DNA of 64,000 nucleotides from a virus (lineage: Duplodnaviria > Heunggongvirae > Uroviricota > Caudoviricetes): the IMG/VR virus record IMGVR_UViG_3300026737_000001, one strand, 5' to 3'. The position numbers and the translations under genes were made by a program. Positions within the stretch are counted from its first letter, which is position 1; each line of letters starts with the position of its first letter. Positions 1 through 8,675 of this stretch are shown here, piece after piece. The notes under the pieces are model-generated. The model was not told the origin of the DNA, did not search any database, and was given only the letters and a program-made list of their open reading frames with translations.

Positions 1-159
1 AAGTATCCATTATATTTTATCAAAAATGACAAACTTAATGAGGGTGATGGAGGAACAGCTGCATTCAAGTCATTTATAGCCAATAAAGTCCTCGTAGAAC
101 AGGATGTAATGCAAAAAGCCCTAAGAAATATAACTTCAAAAGACTTAGGGAGGGTTTAA
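1..159 (+). CDS. 3' end of an upstream ORF (partial), function unknown
   Basis: Frame 1 is open from base 1 (KYPLYFIKNDKL...KDLGRV) to TAA at 157-159 and overlaps the SD (GGGAGG) of the next gene; not in the ORF track. Confidence 0.7.
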   Translation, partial: KYPLYFIKNDKLNEGDGGTAAFKSFIANKVLVEQDVMQKALRNITSKDLGRV

Positions 160-162
160 TAA

Positions 163-1677
163 ATGGCTAAAAATTACAGAAACTACTACAGTCGCTCGGT
201 TGTTTTGATTGGAGAGTCTCAAAAAGGAGAGATTCTTGAGCCTGTATTTATAGAATCAATAGAGGATGCATACGATATTTTTGGTGGTGGAGAGCTTGTA
301 GAATCTGCCAGAGAGATTATAAATGCCGGCACTGAGTATATCTACTTAATCAGAATAGACCCCGAAAACGAATACGAAAGATACTACGATTTAATAAATG
401 CATACTTTGTTTTAGAGAGCATGGGAGATGTAGATGTCATCCTGCCTCTTGGAATATCGCTTACTGATAAGATAGTTGAATATCCAAACATCTTTAATTA
501 CAAAGAGGAATTTTCCTACAACGGTGACCTGATGTTTGAAACAGAGAGAATAATGGAGTCAATCAACTACGTCAAAGTAAAAGGAGAAAAAACAAAGTTT
601 TACTCTTTAAGAGATAGCGGAGTAAATGGTAACTTTGATGCTGTTATTTTAAGCAGAGAGGACTTTGATTTAGATAGAGGAGACACCATAACTATAGATT
701 ACAACTGTATAAAGAATCTAGAGATTGAGTTTGAAATTTTGAAGTTTTTAAACGGAAGAATAGAAAATAGTATAACCCTTAATAAAAACATCAATGTTGA
801 TATTAAAAACAGTGTTCTAACAGAAAAGAAGGCCAAAGAGTTCTTCTACGGTGATGAGGAGGCTGTTTATGTAGCAAGATGTAAGAATGAAGCCTTTAAT
901 GTCTACACTCAAAAAGATGGAGAAGGTCTTGTTTATGCTGAATTTGACTACCAAAAATATATCTCAGATAACACAGAGTATAAATATTTTGTAGAGAAGC
1001 TGGCTCAAATTGCAGAGCTTACAAATTCGGTTGGGGTTATTAAAAAATCAAACAAAGATTACCTAGCTATGTCAGAAAATATACTTGATATTAAAGCAAT
1101 GCTAAACGAAAAAAGAAACTACGGCAAAAATGTAGTTGCAGTAGCATCTGATTGTTTATACCGTATCAACTCAAGCAGCTATAAAACAGGTTACGAGAAA
1201 GCTTTTACAGGCATTCTTGGAAGCTTCCCAAGCAGCATAAGTCCTACAAACAAAAACTCAGAGATTGTTGTTGAAGTAAAGGATGAGTTTAGCAACTTAG
1301 AAATTAAAAAGCTGACAGAGGATGGTTATACTTTCGCCTACAACTCAATCAGGAATGGTATTGTCCCTTACAAAGCTGTTACATTATCGGAGACTACAGA
1401 ATTTAAGTCGCTAAAAAATGTGAGAGTGGTTAAAGAAGTGAAAAAAAGACTGAAGGAAATAACTGATGTCTTCATCGGCAGGGGCAACATTAATATACAG
1501 TCAAAGCTTTACTCAAAATCAGTAGAGCTTCTGGATAACCTTGTGATAGAGGGAAAGATTGATGATTACAGCTTCAAGATAGTAAATGCAACAACAAGCT
1601 ATATCAAAACAGAAGTTGAGTTAAAGCTTATCAATGAAGTAAAAACTCTCAAAGCAGGAATCGTATCCGGGAGTTAA
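163..1677 (+). CDS. tail sheath-like protein (minor paralogue)
   Basis: Sheath-type N-terminus VLIGESQKG..P..I.S..DA..IFG.G.L and C-terminal domain VRVVKEVKKRL...FIG...IDDY...VELKLINEV; parallels 2289-4937. Confidence 0.75.
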   Translation: MAKNYRNYYSRSVVLIGESQKGEILEPVFIESIEDAYDIFGGGELVESAREIINAGTEYIYLIRIDPENEYERYYDLINAYFVLESMGDVDVILPLGISLTDKIVEYPNIFNYKEEFSYNGDLMFETERIMESINYVKVKGEKTKFYSLRDSGVNGNFDAVILSREDFDLDRGDTITIDYNCIKNLEIEFEILKFLNGRIENSITLNKNINVDIKNSVLTEKKAKEFFYGDEEAVYVARCKNEAFNVYTQKDGEGLVYAEFDYQKYISDNTEYKYFVEKLAQIAELTNSVGVIKKSNKDYLAMSENILDIKAMLNEKRNYGKNVVAVASDCLYRINSSSYKTGYEKAFTGILGSFPSSISPTNKNSEIVVEVKDEFSNLEIKKLTEDGYTFAYNSIRNGIVPYKAVTLSETTEFKSLKNVRVVKEVKKRLKEITDVFIGRGNINIQSKLYSKSVELLDNLVIEGKIDDYSFKIVNATTSYIKTEVELKLINEVKTLKAGIVSGS

Positions 1678-1690
1678 AGGTGGTGAGTAA

Positions 1691-2263
1691 GTGACTACAG
1701 AGATTAAAGAAGGAACAACAGTCAAGCATTTTTTAAGTCTAATAAACAGCATAGGAAAGAAAATAAATCAGGATTTTACTTTTTATCCCGAGACATCAAT
1801 CTACCTAATCGAAGATATAAGCTTTCCCTGTATAACCTACAGGATAAAAGAAAGAAAGCCATATCAGGGCCATAAGCCCAGAAGAAAAGACAGCTACCCT
1901 GATAAAAATGACAAAGACAATACAATGCTTAAATACTCTCAGATGTTTGCAGGAACAATAGAATTTGCTATTTGGGGCAAAGACTATAAGACTGTCGATG
2001 ATAAAAGAGAGTGGTTTGAGAAGTTTATGCTCAGATATACAGATAAGTTTAGGGAAGAGGGGATGCTTGAAGTTATATTTCAAGAACAGCTTGAGGATAA
2101 GATAGTAGAGGTTAAAGACAATAATTTTATAAAACAACCACTTCATTACTATTTTAGAAATGAGAGGGTTTTAGAATTACCAGTTGAAAATATCAGCTCT
2201 ATTGATACAGCAGTAAACGATAGTGTTGATAATTATCAATATATAAAAGACAGAATAAAGTAA
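1691..2263 (+). CDS. putative tail completion/terminator-like protein
   Basis: GTG start with SD; 190 aa between the two sheath genes; FPCITY...F.I.GKD pattern resembles tail-terminator folds (position and pattern only). Confidence 0.4.
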   Translation: MTTEIKEGTTVKHFLSLINSIGKKINQDFTFYPETSIYLIEDISFPCITYRIKERKPYQGHKPRRKDSYPDKNDKDNTMLKYSQMFAGTIEFAIWGKDYKTVDDKREWFEKFMLRYTDKFREEGMLEVIFQEQLEDKIVEVKDNNFIKQPLHYYFRNERVLELPVENISSIDTAVNDSVDNYQYIKDRIK

Positions 2264-2288
2264 TTAAAATTCAGTAAGGAGGAATAAA

Positions 2289-4937
2289 ATGCCTGGAACC
2301 GGAATTTATCCCGATTTTTACAATAACCTACCTGGTAGTGTTATGGAATTAAGAGACGGGATTAAAAACATGCAAAACAACAGTCTTAGTGGCAAGAACG
2401 TGTACTTAATTGGTACAGCAATCGATGGACCTGTTTTAGAGCCAATCAGTCCAGAATCCTTTAACGATGGTGAAAAAACATTCGGTCGCTATTATGACAA
2501 GGCAACAAAAACTTATAATGGTGCTAGTTTGATGAAAGGTTATGAAAGAGCTTTAAGAGCGGGTGCTACAAACGTAACTCTCTTAAGAGTATCTGGAAGT
2601 CATGCATCAGCTTCTATCAAAATGAACGAGGAGCTTAAGACAAAAACTTATCAGGCTAGAGAATATGCGGGTAAGTATGCAGGGAATGTTGAGCAGACAT
2701 TTGATTTAGAGCTTGTTGTAAAAGAGGGCTTTGATGATGTTTATGCTAACGATGTTTCAGTATATGCAGATGGAGCAATGCTTAATTCATACAAGTACAC
2801 TGTAAACAGCAATGCTGGTACAGTAACACTTCATGAAGATGCAGCAAACTCTGGTGCAGTTATTGATATTTATTACAAAGAAGTAGATGTAAATATCTAT
2901 AATGTAACAGCTGCCACTCCAGAAGATATGACTGGAGAGGGTGTTCAGTTTAAGCTTGACAATGAAAACTTAATCGAAGGAAGCGATATTTTAACCTGGA
3001 GCGACACTGGTGTCTTAGAAGAGCCAGCTTACAGCATTGACTATCAGGCTGGTATTGTAACATTTGAAAGAGCTATCGAAGAAACAGAAACTATCGAATT
3101 CGAGTATGACTGGAAGGATTTAACAGAAGAAGAAGCTCAGGCTTCATTTGATGCAGAAGGAAGCGACTTCTTTGTTGACCTAGAACATACAGCTGACGCT
3201 TCTAAAGCTATGGTTGTTACAGTCGGAGGAATTGAGGTAGACCCAGTACATTACAACGTAAACTACACAAGCTATGACACATCCAGAGTCTTTATTGATG
3301 CTGGTGTAGGAGAGCTTAATGAAGATGTTTATGTTAAGTACTACTACTCTAAAGAAGAGTTAATTCAGCCAGAAATAGAAGCAGAAAGTGTTTACGGAGG
3401 TAACCTATACAACAAGGTTAAATTCGAGATGCAGGATGTTTTATATGAGGATGAATTAGGAAACAAAACTGAGTCAGTTGAGGCTGGTGAAGAGTTGAAT
3501 GTTATCTCTTCTACAAAAGCAAGACTTAACAATGAATACATTGTTCCAAATGACGCTTTTGGAATAACTATCACAAGAACTGATGCTTCAGAAAGCACCT
3601 TAACAGTAGCCAACGGCGATATCAGTGTTAACTGGGCAAATGGTATTATCACAATTTTAGACAATGCCTTAGCTTTTAGACCTGATGATATTTCAGCAAC
3701 AGCTGATGCTTACGAATATTACAATGTAAGTTCAAAGGTATTAAAGCTTTATAAGCCTGAAGAAAAGAGAATCGAAACAGAGGATTTAGTTATTGAATTC
3801 CCTGTTGGAGATGTAATTAACACTCTAGGTGAACTGGTTGCAGCTGTAAACGCTCATCCTTCAAACAATGTTGTAAGATTAAGCATTCCTGAAGAGTATG
3901 TAGCTATTTCAGCAATGAACCTAAAAACACCTGATGTCAAAATCAATGCAGAAGGTAATACAGCTAGAACAGCAACTTACTTAAGCAAAGGTAAAGACGG
4001 CATCAACATCACAAAAGAAGAAATCTACGAGCTTTTAGGAGGCTCTGAAGAGAGACCTGGAGCTTACGATATCCTCTTAGAAGATGAAGAAGCTGACATT
4101 GTTGTTCCATTGGGCGTTTATGCAGATGATATGCTTGCCAGCGAGTTTAAGAAATTCGACCAGCAGCTTGCAAACTTCTGTGCCAAGGCGTTCTTTAGAA
4201 ACAATGAAATCCGAGGTATTATCGGAACTAAGCCTTTAAGCAAGCCAAGCAGAATTAATGTAATCAACAGAGTTAAAGAACTGCAGTTGCTTGATACAAA
4301 CTACTTCCTGACAGATGATAACGGGAACGAAATCAGAGACAGAGAAGGAAATAAAGTTGATGTAGGTAAATTTATCTCAGTTGTAGCTCATGACTTCTTG
4401 GTTGCTGACAGAAACTTAGCTGTAGCATCACCAGAAAACGGAGCAGCACTATATGCTGGATTAGCTTCACAACTTGCAGAGACAAACTCTCCTACAAACG
4501 AGAAGGTTCCTGGAGCACGCTCAGCATACAAGCTGTCAAATACACAGGCTAACCTCTTAGCAGGTAACAAACTTGTAGTATTTATGGTTAAAGGCGGAGT
4601 ACCAAAAGTAGCTTCTGCTTTAACATGTGCACAGCCAAACTCCGGATGGACAAGATACTTGACAGTTGACATTGTCTTTAATGCAATCAACTTATTAAGA
4701 GATATCTATGACCCATATATCGGACAGGGTAACACAATCGAGAAGAGAAACTCTCTTGATTCCGATATTTATAATGCCCTGAAAAAGAAAAATACTATTG
4801 CAGACTTTGATTATACTTTAATTCAGAGTCCTTCAGATAAAGTAATGGGAAGAATGGTTGTCGAGCTGGATATAGTACCTATTGGAGAATTACAGAAGAT
4901 TCATACAGTTGTTTCCATCAATGCTCAGCTTGACTAA
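2289..4937 (+). CDS. major contractile tail sheath protein with inserted beta-sandwich modules
   Basis: YLIGTAIDGPVLEP N-terminus; C-terminal sheath domain (LTVDIVF...YIGQGN...VELDIVPIGELQKI); SD AAGGAGG. Confidence 0.85.
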   Translation: MPGTGIYPDFYNNLPGSVMELRDGIKNMQNNSLSGKNVYLIGTAIDGPVLEPISPESFNDGEKTFGRYYDKATKTYNGASLMKGYERALRAGATNVTLLRVSGSHASASIKMNEELKTKTYQAREYAGKYAGNVEQTFDLELVVKEGFDDVYANDVSVYADGAMLNSYKYTVNSNAGTVTLHEDAANSGAVIDIYYKEVDVNIYNVTAATPEDMTGEGVQFKLDNENLIEGSDILTWSDTGVLEEPAYSIDYQAGIVTFERAIEETETIEFEYDWKDLTEEEAQASFDAEGSDFFVDLEHTADASKAMVVTVGGIEVDPVHYNVNYTSYDTSRVFIDAGVGELNEDVYVKYYYSKEELIQPEIEAESVYGGNLYNKVKFEMQDVLYEDELGNKTESVEAGEELNVISSTKARLNNEYIVPNDAFGITITRTDASESTLTVANGDISVNWANGIITILDNALAFRPDDISATADAYEYYNVSSKVLKLYKPEEKRIETEDLVIEFPVGDVINTLGELVAAVNAHPSNNVVRLSIPEEYVAISAMNLKTPDVKINAEGNTARTATYLSKGKDGINITKEEIYELLGGSEERPGAYDILLEDEEADIVVPLGVYADDMLASEFKKFDQQLANFCAKAFFRNNEIRGIIGTKPLSKPSRINVINRVKELQLLDTNYFLTDDNGNEIRDREGNKVDVGKFISVVAHDFLVADRNLAVASPENGAALYAGLASQLAETNSPTNEKVPGARSAYKLSNTQANLLAGNKLVVFMVKGGVPKVASALTCAQPNSGWTRYLTVDIVFNAINLLRDIYDPYIGQGNTIEKRNSLDSDIYNALKKKNTIADFDYTLIQSPSDKVMGRMVVELDIVPIGELQKIHTVVSINAQLD

Positions 4938-4959
4938 GTAATATTTTAAACACAAATAA

Positions 4960-4980
4960 GGGAGGGGCAGCCCCCCTCTC
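4960..4980 (+). other. GC-rich intergenic hairpin between sheath and tube (no plus-strand U-tract)
   Basis: GGGAGGGG-cagcc-CCCCTCTC, 8-bp stem with one G-U pair. Confidence 0.55.
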
Positions 4981-5003
4981 TAAAAAGTAGAAGGAGGAAA
5001 ATT

Positions 5004-5684
5004 ATGCCTAGCTATCAGAGTTTTTCAGGTTCAGATATAACAGCGACCTTTGGCGGTCGTGTAATTGGTGAACTTTTAAGTATCAATTGGAGTGTCACTA
5101 GAGAAAAAGCTCCAAACTATACAATGGGCTTTAAAAACCCAAGAGGATTTGCTCGTGGACGCAGAGGTATTGCAGGTTCTTTGGTGTTTGGTGTTTTTGA
5201 TAGAAACGCACTGCTTGCTGAAATGAGAAAGGGTGGACGTAGTTCACTTATAGATGGAGAAGCTGCAAGATACTACTCCTATAAAGCATCTTCTGAAACA
5301 GGAGAAAGATTCGTAGAACTTCCTGGTGGAAGAGACCTTTATCAGCCAGAATCATTTAACGATATGATGAGCAGAACAGCAAACAATCAGGGCTTACTAG
5401 AAGCTACTGAATTTACAAATGATGTAGAGTATGCAGACCAGCTGATGCCCTTCGACATAACAGTAAACTTCGTTAATGAGACGGGAGCAAGAGCTAAACT
5501 TACTCTTACAGATGTAGAAATTTTAAATCAGGGTATGGGTGTTAGTGTTGATGATTTAGCAACAAGTCAAAACTATACATTCGTCTGCCGTGACATTCAG
5601 GAACTAACTCCTGTTGATAGAATTGGAAATCGTCAGGACAGACCAAGCACATACAATCCAGACCCATTTACAACAGTAGGATAG
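5004..5684 (+). CDS. tail tube protein
   Basis: Follows sheath; FSGSDI..TFGG..IGEL.SI.WSVTREKAP..TMG...RG.RGIAGSLVF pattern; strong SD; terminator follows. Confidence 0.8.
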   Translation: MPSYQSFSGSDITATFGGRVIGELLSINWSVTREKAPNYTMGFKNPRGFARGRRGIAGSLVFGVFDRNALLAEMRKGGRSSLIDGEAARYYSYKASSETGERFVELPGGRDLYQPESFNDMMSRTANNQGLLEATEFTNDVEYADQLMPFDITVNFVNETGARAKLTLTDVEILNQGMGVSVDDLATSQNYTFVCRDIQELTPVDRIGNRQDRPSTYNPDPFTTVG

Positions 5685-5704
5685 AAAAATAATTGACAAA
5701 ACTT

Positions 5705-5739
5705 AAGGGTGTGAGGCGAGAGTTTCATGCCCTTTTTTT
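5705..5739 (+). terminator. Rho-independent terminator after tube gene
   Basis: AAGGGTGTGA-10 nt loop-TCATGCCCTT stem running into a T-tract. Confidence 0.7.
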
Positions 5740-5757
5740 AAGAAAAGAGGTGTTTGA

Positions 5758-6867
5758 ATGCCTACTTATCAAAGTGGATATGCAGGTACTGATATAGTCT
5801 GTGTTTTTAAATTTCCTGACTTTGTAAAAAAAGAACCCTTAGTTTTTGGAGAACTTGCAACAATAAGCTTTAGTACCTACAGGGATAAATTTCCTGTAAG
5901 AGCACTGGGTCATGTTAATGCAAAGGGCTATACAAAAGCTGGCAGAACAGTAGCCGGGTCTTTAATCTTTACGATGTTTGAAAAGTCAATAATAAACCAA
6001 ATTGTAGAAGAAATATATTCAAAAAAGTTTAATATTATACCTGATGAACTGCCTGCATTTTCAATAGATATAACAATGGCTAATGAGTACGGCAACAAAA
6101 CCCATATAGCATTATTTGGTGTTGAGATTGTAGAGGGAAATCAGGTCATGACAGTTGATAATCTGCAGACAAATGAGCAGTATTCTTTCGTTGCTCAAGA
6201 TATTGTTTTGGTAGACTCCGAAAAAAAGCCTGGAGTTTTATCCTATTATAACCCGGTAACAGAAAGCAGAGAGGTCAATATCGATAAGGATATGACACTA
6301 AGAGAGTTGGAAAAAGAGTTCCACTACACATATCAGGTACCAGAAAATCAAAAAATTGAAGAAACAAAAGTAGCATCAAAAGTTAATGAGAACACTCCGT
6401 ATGATGAAATTAGAGCAAGCAATGAAAAGAGAATAGAAGAGTTTATAGGAAATGAAGGTTTGGCAACAGTACTTGCTGCTATTAACTATGCAGAGGGTGA
6501 CATAAACCATCAAAACCCTGAAAAAAGGGCCTCAGTTCCTTACGGAACAACAGGCTTTAAATCTAACGGATATAAATTTGTCCATCAGTCAAACAATGAC
6601 TTTTTTAATAATGTGGTCGACAACCTAGACTTAAAAGATAATACAAATGCCTGGTTTGCCGCAAGCTCTGCAACTACTGTAACTGACTGGTGGGAAGGTT
6701 GGCTTGAGAACAACAACAGAAGCTTGAGTACCAACTTTAATGATTTGAGCGAGTCAGAACAGAAAGATTTTCTTTATTATCTTGGAAGCAATTACGCTCC
6801 TGGAGATGCTCACCATCTTAATGAGAACTGGTATCCAAACGTTATTAAATATATTTATGGGAGCTGA
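5758..6867 (+). CDS. tube-fold protein fused to a C-terminal lysozyme-fold (GH73-like) domain
   Basis: aa 1-150 parallel the tube protein (YAGTDI...FGEL..ISFS..RDK.PV..LG...R.VAGSLIF); C-terminus has AAINYAEG and YAP......N.NWYPNV. Confidence 0.6.
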   Translation: MPTYQSGYAGTDIVCVFKFPDFVKKEPLVFGELATISFSTYRDKFPVRALGHVNAKGYTKAGRTVAGSLIFTMFEKSIINQIVEEIYSKKFNIIPDELPAFSIDITMANEYGNKTHIALFGVEIVEGNQVMTVDNLQTNEQYSFVAQDIVLVDSEKKPGVLSYYNPVTESREVNIDKDMTLRELEKEFHYTYQVPENQKIEETKVASKVNENTPYDEIRASNEKRIEEFIGNEGLATVLAAINYAEGDINHQNPEKRASVPYGTTGFKSNGYKFVHQSNNDFFNNVVDNLDLKDNTNAWFAASSATTVTDWWEGWLENNNRSLSTNFNDLSESEQKDFLYYLGSNYAPGDAHHLNENWYPNVIKYIYGS

Positions 6868-6872
6868 TAATA

Positions 6873-7613
6873 TTGCAACCACAACCAAGTGTTAATTACG
6901 AAAGATTTCCAAGTGAATACTTTTCTGGCAGTGATATCAGGGTATATTTTGAAGATGTACTAATCGATGAAATCACAGACTTACAGTTCGTGATGGAGGA
7001 AAGGGTTTTGCCGATACACGGCTATAATTCTTTTACCTACGATGCTGTAGCAAGAGGTTCAAGAATAGTGCAAGGCACATTTGCAATAAACTTCAAAGAA
7101 GCTGACTATTTAAGAAAGGCTATCAGAGAAGTTATAGAAGATAAAAGTGAGTTTGATATCTCTCAAAACTATATAGCAAAAGAGCAGGATGTAAATGAGG
7201 GTTATTTAGAAAATGAGCTTGAAGAAAGAGATAAGCTTTATGAATATCTTGAAAGAGGCTGGAGCACCAAATTCGACAGGATGGCCACAGAATATGAAGA
7301 TAAAATCTGGGGCGGAGTCAATAAGAATATAAACTACAGCAGAGATAATAAAGCTTTTTTTCAGTCAAAAGATAATTCAGATGAAACCTTTGATATTCTA
7401 ATTACTTACGGTCCTTACAGCAAAGATAGACTCTATGCTAAAGAGGGTTTTGGCAATGAGAAAGAATTAAACTATTACCAAAATGTTAATAACGGCACAG
7501 TCCGTTCAATAAATAATATACAGATAACAGGCTTATCACAGGTCATTGATGGCAGTGGTAAACCAATCAAAGAAGTTTATAATTTTCTAGCACAAGATTT
7601 AGATAGAGCATAA
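6873..7613 (+). CDS. third tube-fold protein (tube initiator/adaptor-like)
   Basis: YFSGSDI.V.F...IDEI..LQF...E..LPI.GY......RGSRIVQGTF.INF parallels the tube protein; TTG start. Confidence 0.65.
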   Translation: MQPQPSVNYERFPSEYFSGSDIRVYFEDVLIDEITDLQFVMEERVLPIHGYNSFTYDAVARGSRIVQGTFAINFKEADYLRKAIREVIEDKSEFDISQNYIAKEQDVNEGYLENELEERDKLYEYLERGWSTKFDRMATEYEDKIWGGVNKNINYSRDNKAFFQSKDNSDETFDILITYGPYSKDRLYAKEGFGNEKELNYYQNVNNGTVRSINNIQITGLSQVIDGSGKPIKEVYNFLAQDLDRA

Positions 7614-7645
7614 AAATATTACATAACCTTAAGGGGGTTATATTA

Positions 7646-8017
7646 ATGGCAAAAGAACAATTCAACAATCAGATGGAAAAAGGAACAGAAAAGGTATTTG
7701 AGGGTGGCCCAACAAAAGACGCTGTAGAAAACTGGAAAAACCAATTCGGTGGAGATATTTATATGACAGAATTCGACACAGAGACTTTTATCTGGAGACC
7801 AATCTCAAGACTAGAATTTAAAAAGATTGTTAATGCAGAAGGCAATCAGGACGATTTCTATAGAGAAGAAAGGGTAACAGAGCTGTGTGTATTATGGCCA
7901 GAAAATTACAGCCATGATGATATTATTGACGGCAAAGCTGGTGTTCCTGCTGTTTTAGCAGACCAGATTATGAATAAATCAGGCTTCTTACCAACAACAG
8001 GAGCTAAAAAGCTGTAA
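7646..8017 (+). CDS. tail assembly chaperone
   Basis: 123 aa after the tube genes; FIWRPISRLEF...CVLWP...GVP..LA..I...SGF pattern. Confidence 0.65.
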   Translation: MAKEQFNNQMEKGTEKVFEGGPTKDAVENWKNQFGGDIYMTEFDTETFIWRPISRLEFKKIVNAEGNQDDFYREERVTELCVLWPENYSHDDIIDGKAGVPAVLADQIMNKSGFLPTTGAKKL

Positions 8018-8031
8018 AGAGGGGATTTAAT

Positions 8032-8664
8032 ATGCTAAAAAAAATTAAGAGATTTTTAAAATCTTTAATAAAAGATGACGGCATAAAACCTCAAAAAACT
8101 GAAAGTAGTTCTCTTCTTGAAAGTAAGACGAAAATAGTAGAGCTTAAAAGAGAGCATAAAGATATTTTTGTAATAAACATCAAAGGGCTTGAATTTGTTT
8201 TCAGGCCCCTTACAAAATTTGAATATTTTGAGTATATTTTAAATAATCCAGGTGTTAAAGAAGTTTGTCTTGCAGAGAAAATATCGGAAATCTGTGTATT
8301 ATATCCAAGGGATTACGATTTCAAAAATCCGGACTATGCAGGGATTCCTGATGTGCTATTTAAGGAAATAAAAGAGGTATCTGGTTTTACAAATAACGAC
8401 CTTTTAAAAGCAAAAGCAAATGAGTATCGTTCCGTGATAGCAAATGATTTTGACAAACAAATGGAAAACATTATAATAACAGCCTTTCCTCATGTAACTT
8501 TAGAAGAGATTAGGGGCTGGGACATGTATAAACTTTTAGATTATTTTACTAGGGCTGAATGGATTATCCAGAATTTAATGCCTATGCACCAGCTTCCACA
8601 TCAGCAAAGCGATGAGGTTCAAGAGCCGCAAAACAGAGGCTCCTCATTTTTCGGACAAAGATAG
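8032..8664 (+). CDS. second tail assembly chaperone (paralogue with C-terminal extension)
   Basis: FVFRPLTKFEY...CVLYP...GIP..L...I...SGF repeats the previous gene's pattern; lies directly before the tape-measure-like gene. Confidence 0.6.
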   Translation: MLKKIKRFLKSLIKDDGIKPQKTESSSLLESKTKIVELKREHKDIFVINIKGLEFVFRPLTKFEYFEYILNNPGVKEVCLAEKISEICVLYPRDYDFKNPDYAGIPDVLFKEIKEVSGFTNNDLLKAKANEYRSVIANDFDKQMENIIITAFPHVTLEEIRGWDMYKLLDYFTRAEWIIQNLMPMHQLPHQQSDEVQEPQNRGSSFFGQR

Positions 8665-8675
8665 AGGTGAAATAG

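Noticed and set aside
5693-5698. Perfect TTGACA after the tube gene
   Set aside because: No -10 at 16-18 bp; the downstream sequence is the terminator stem
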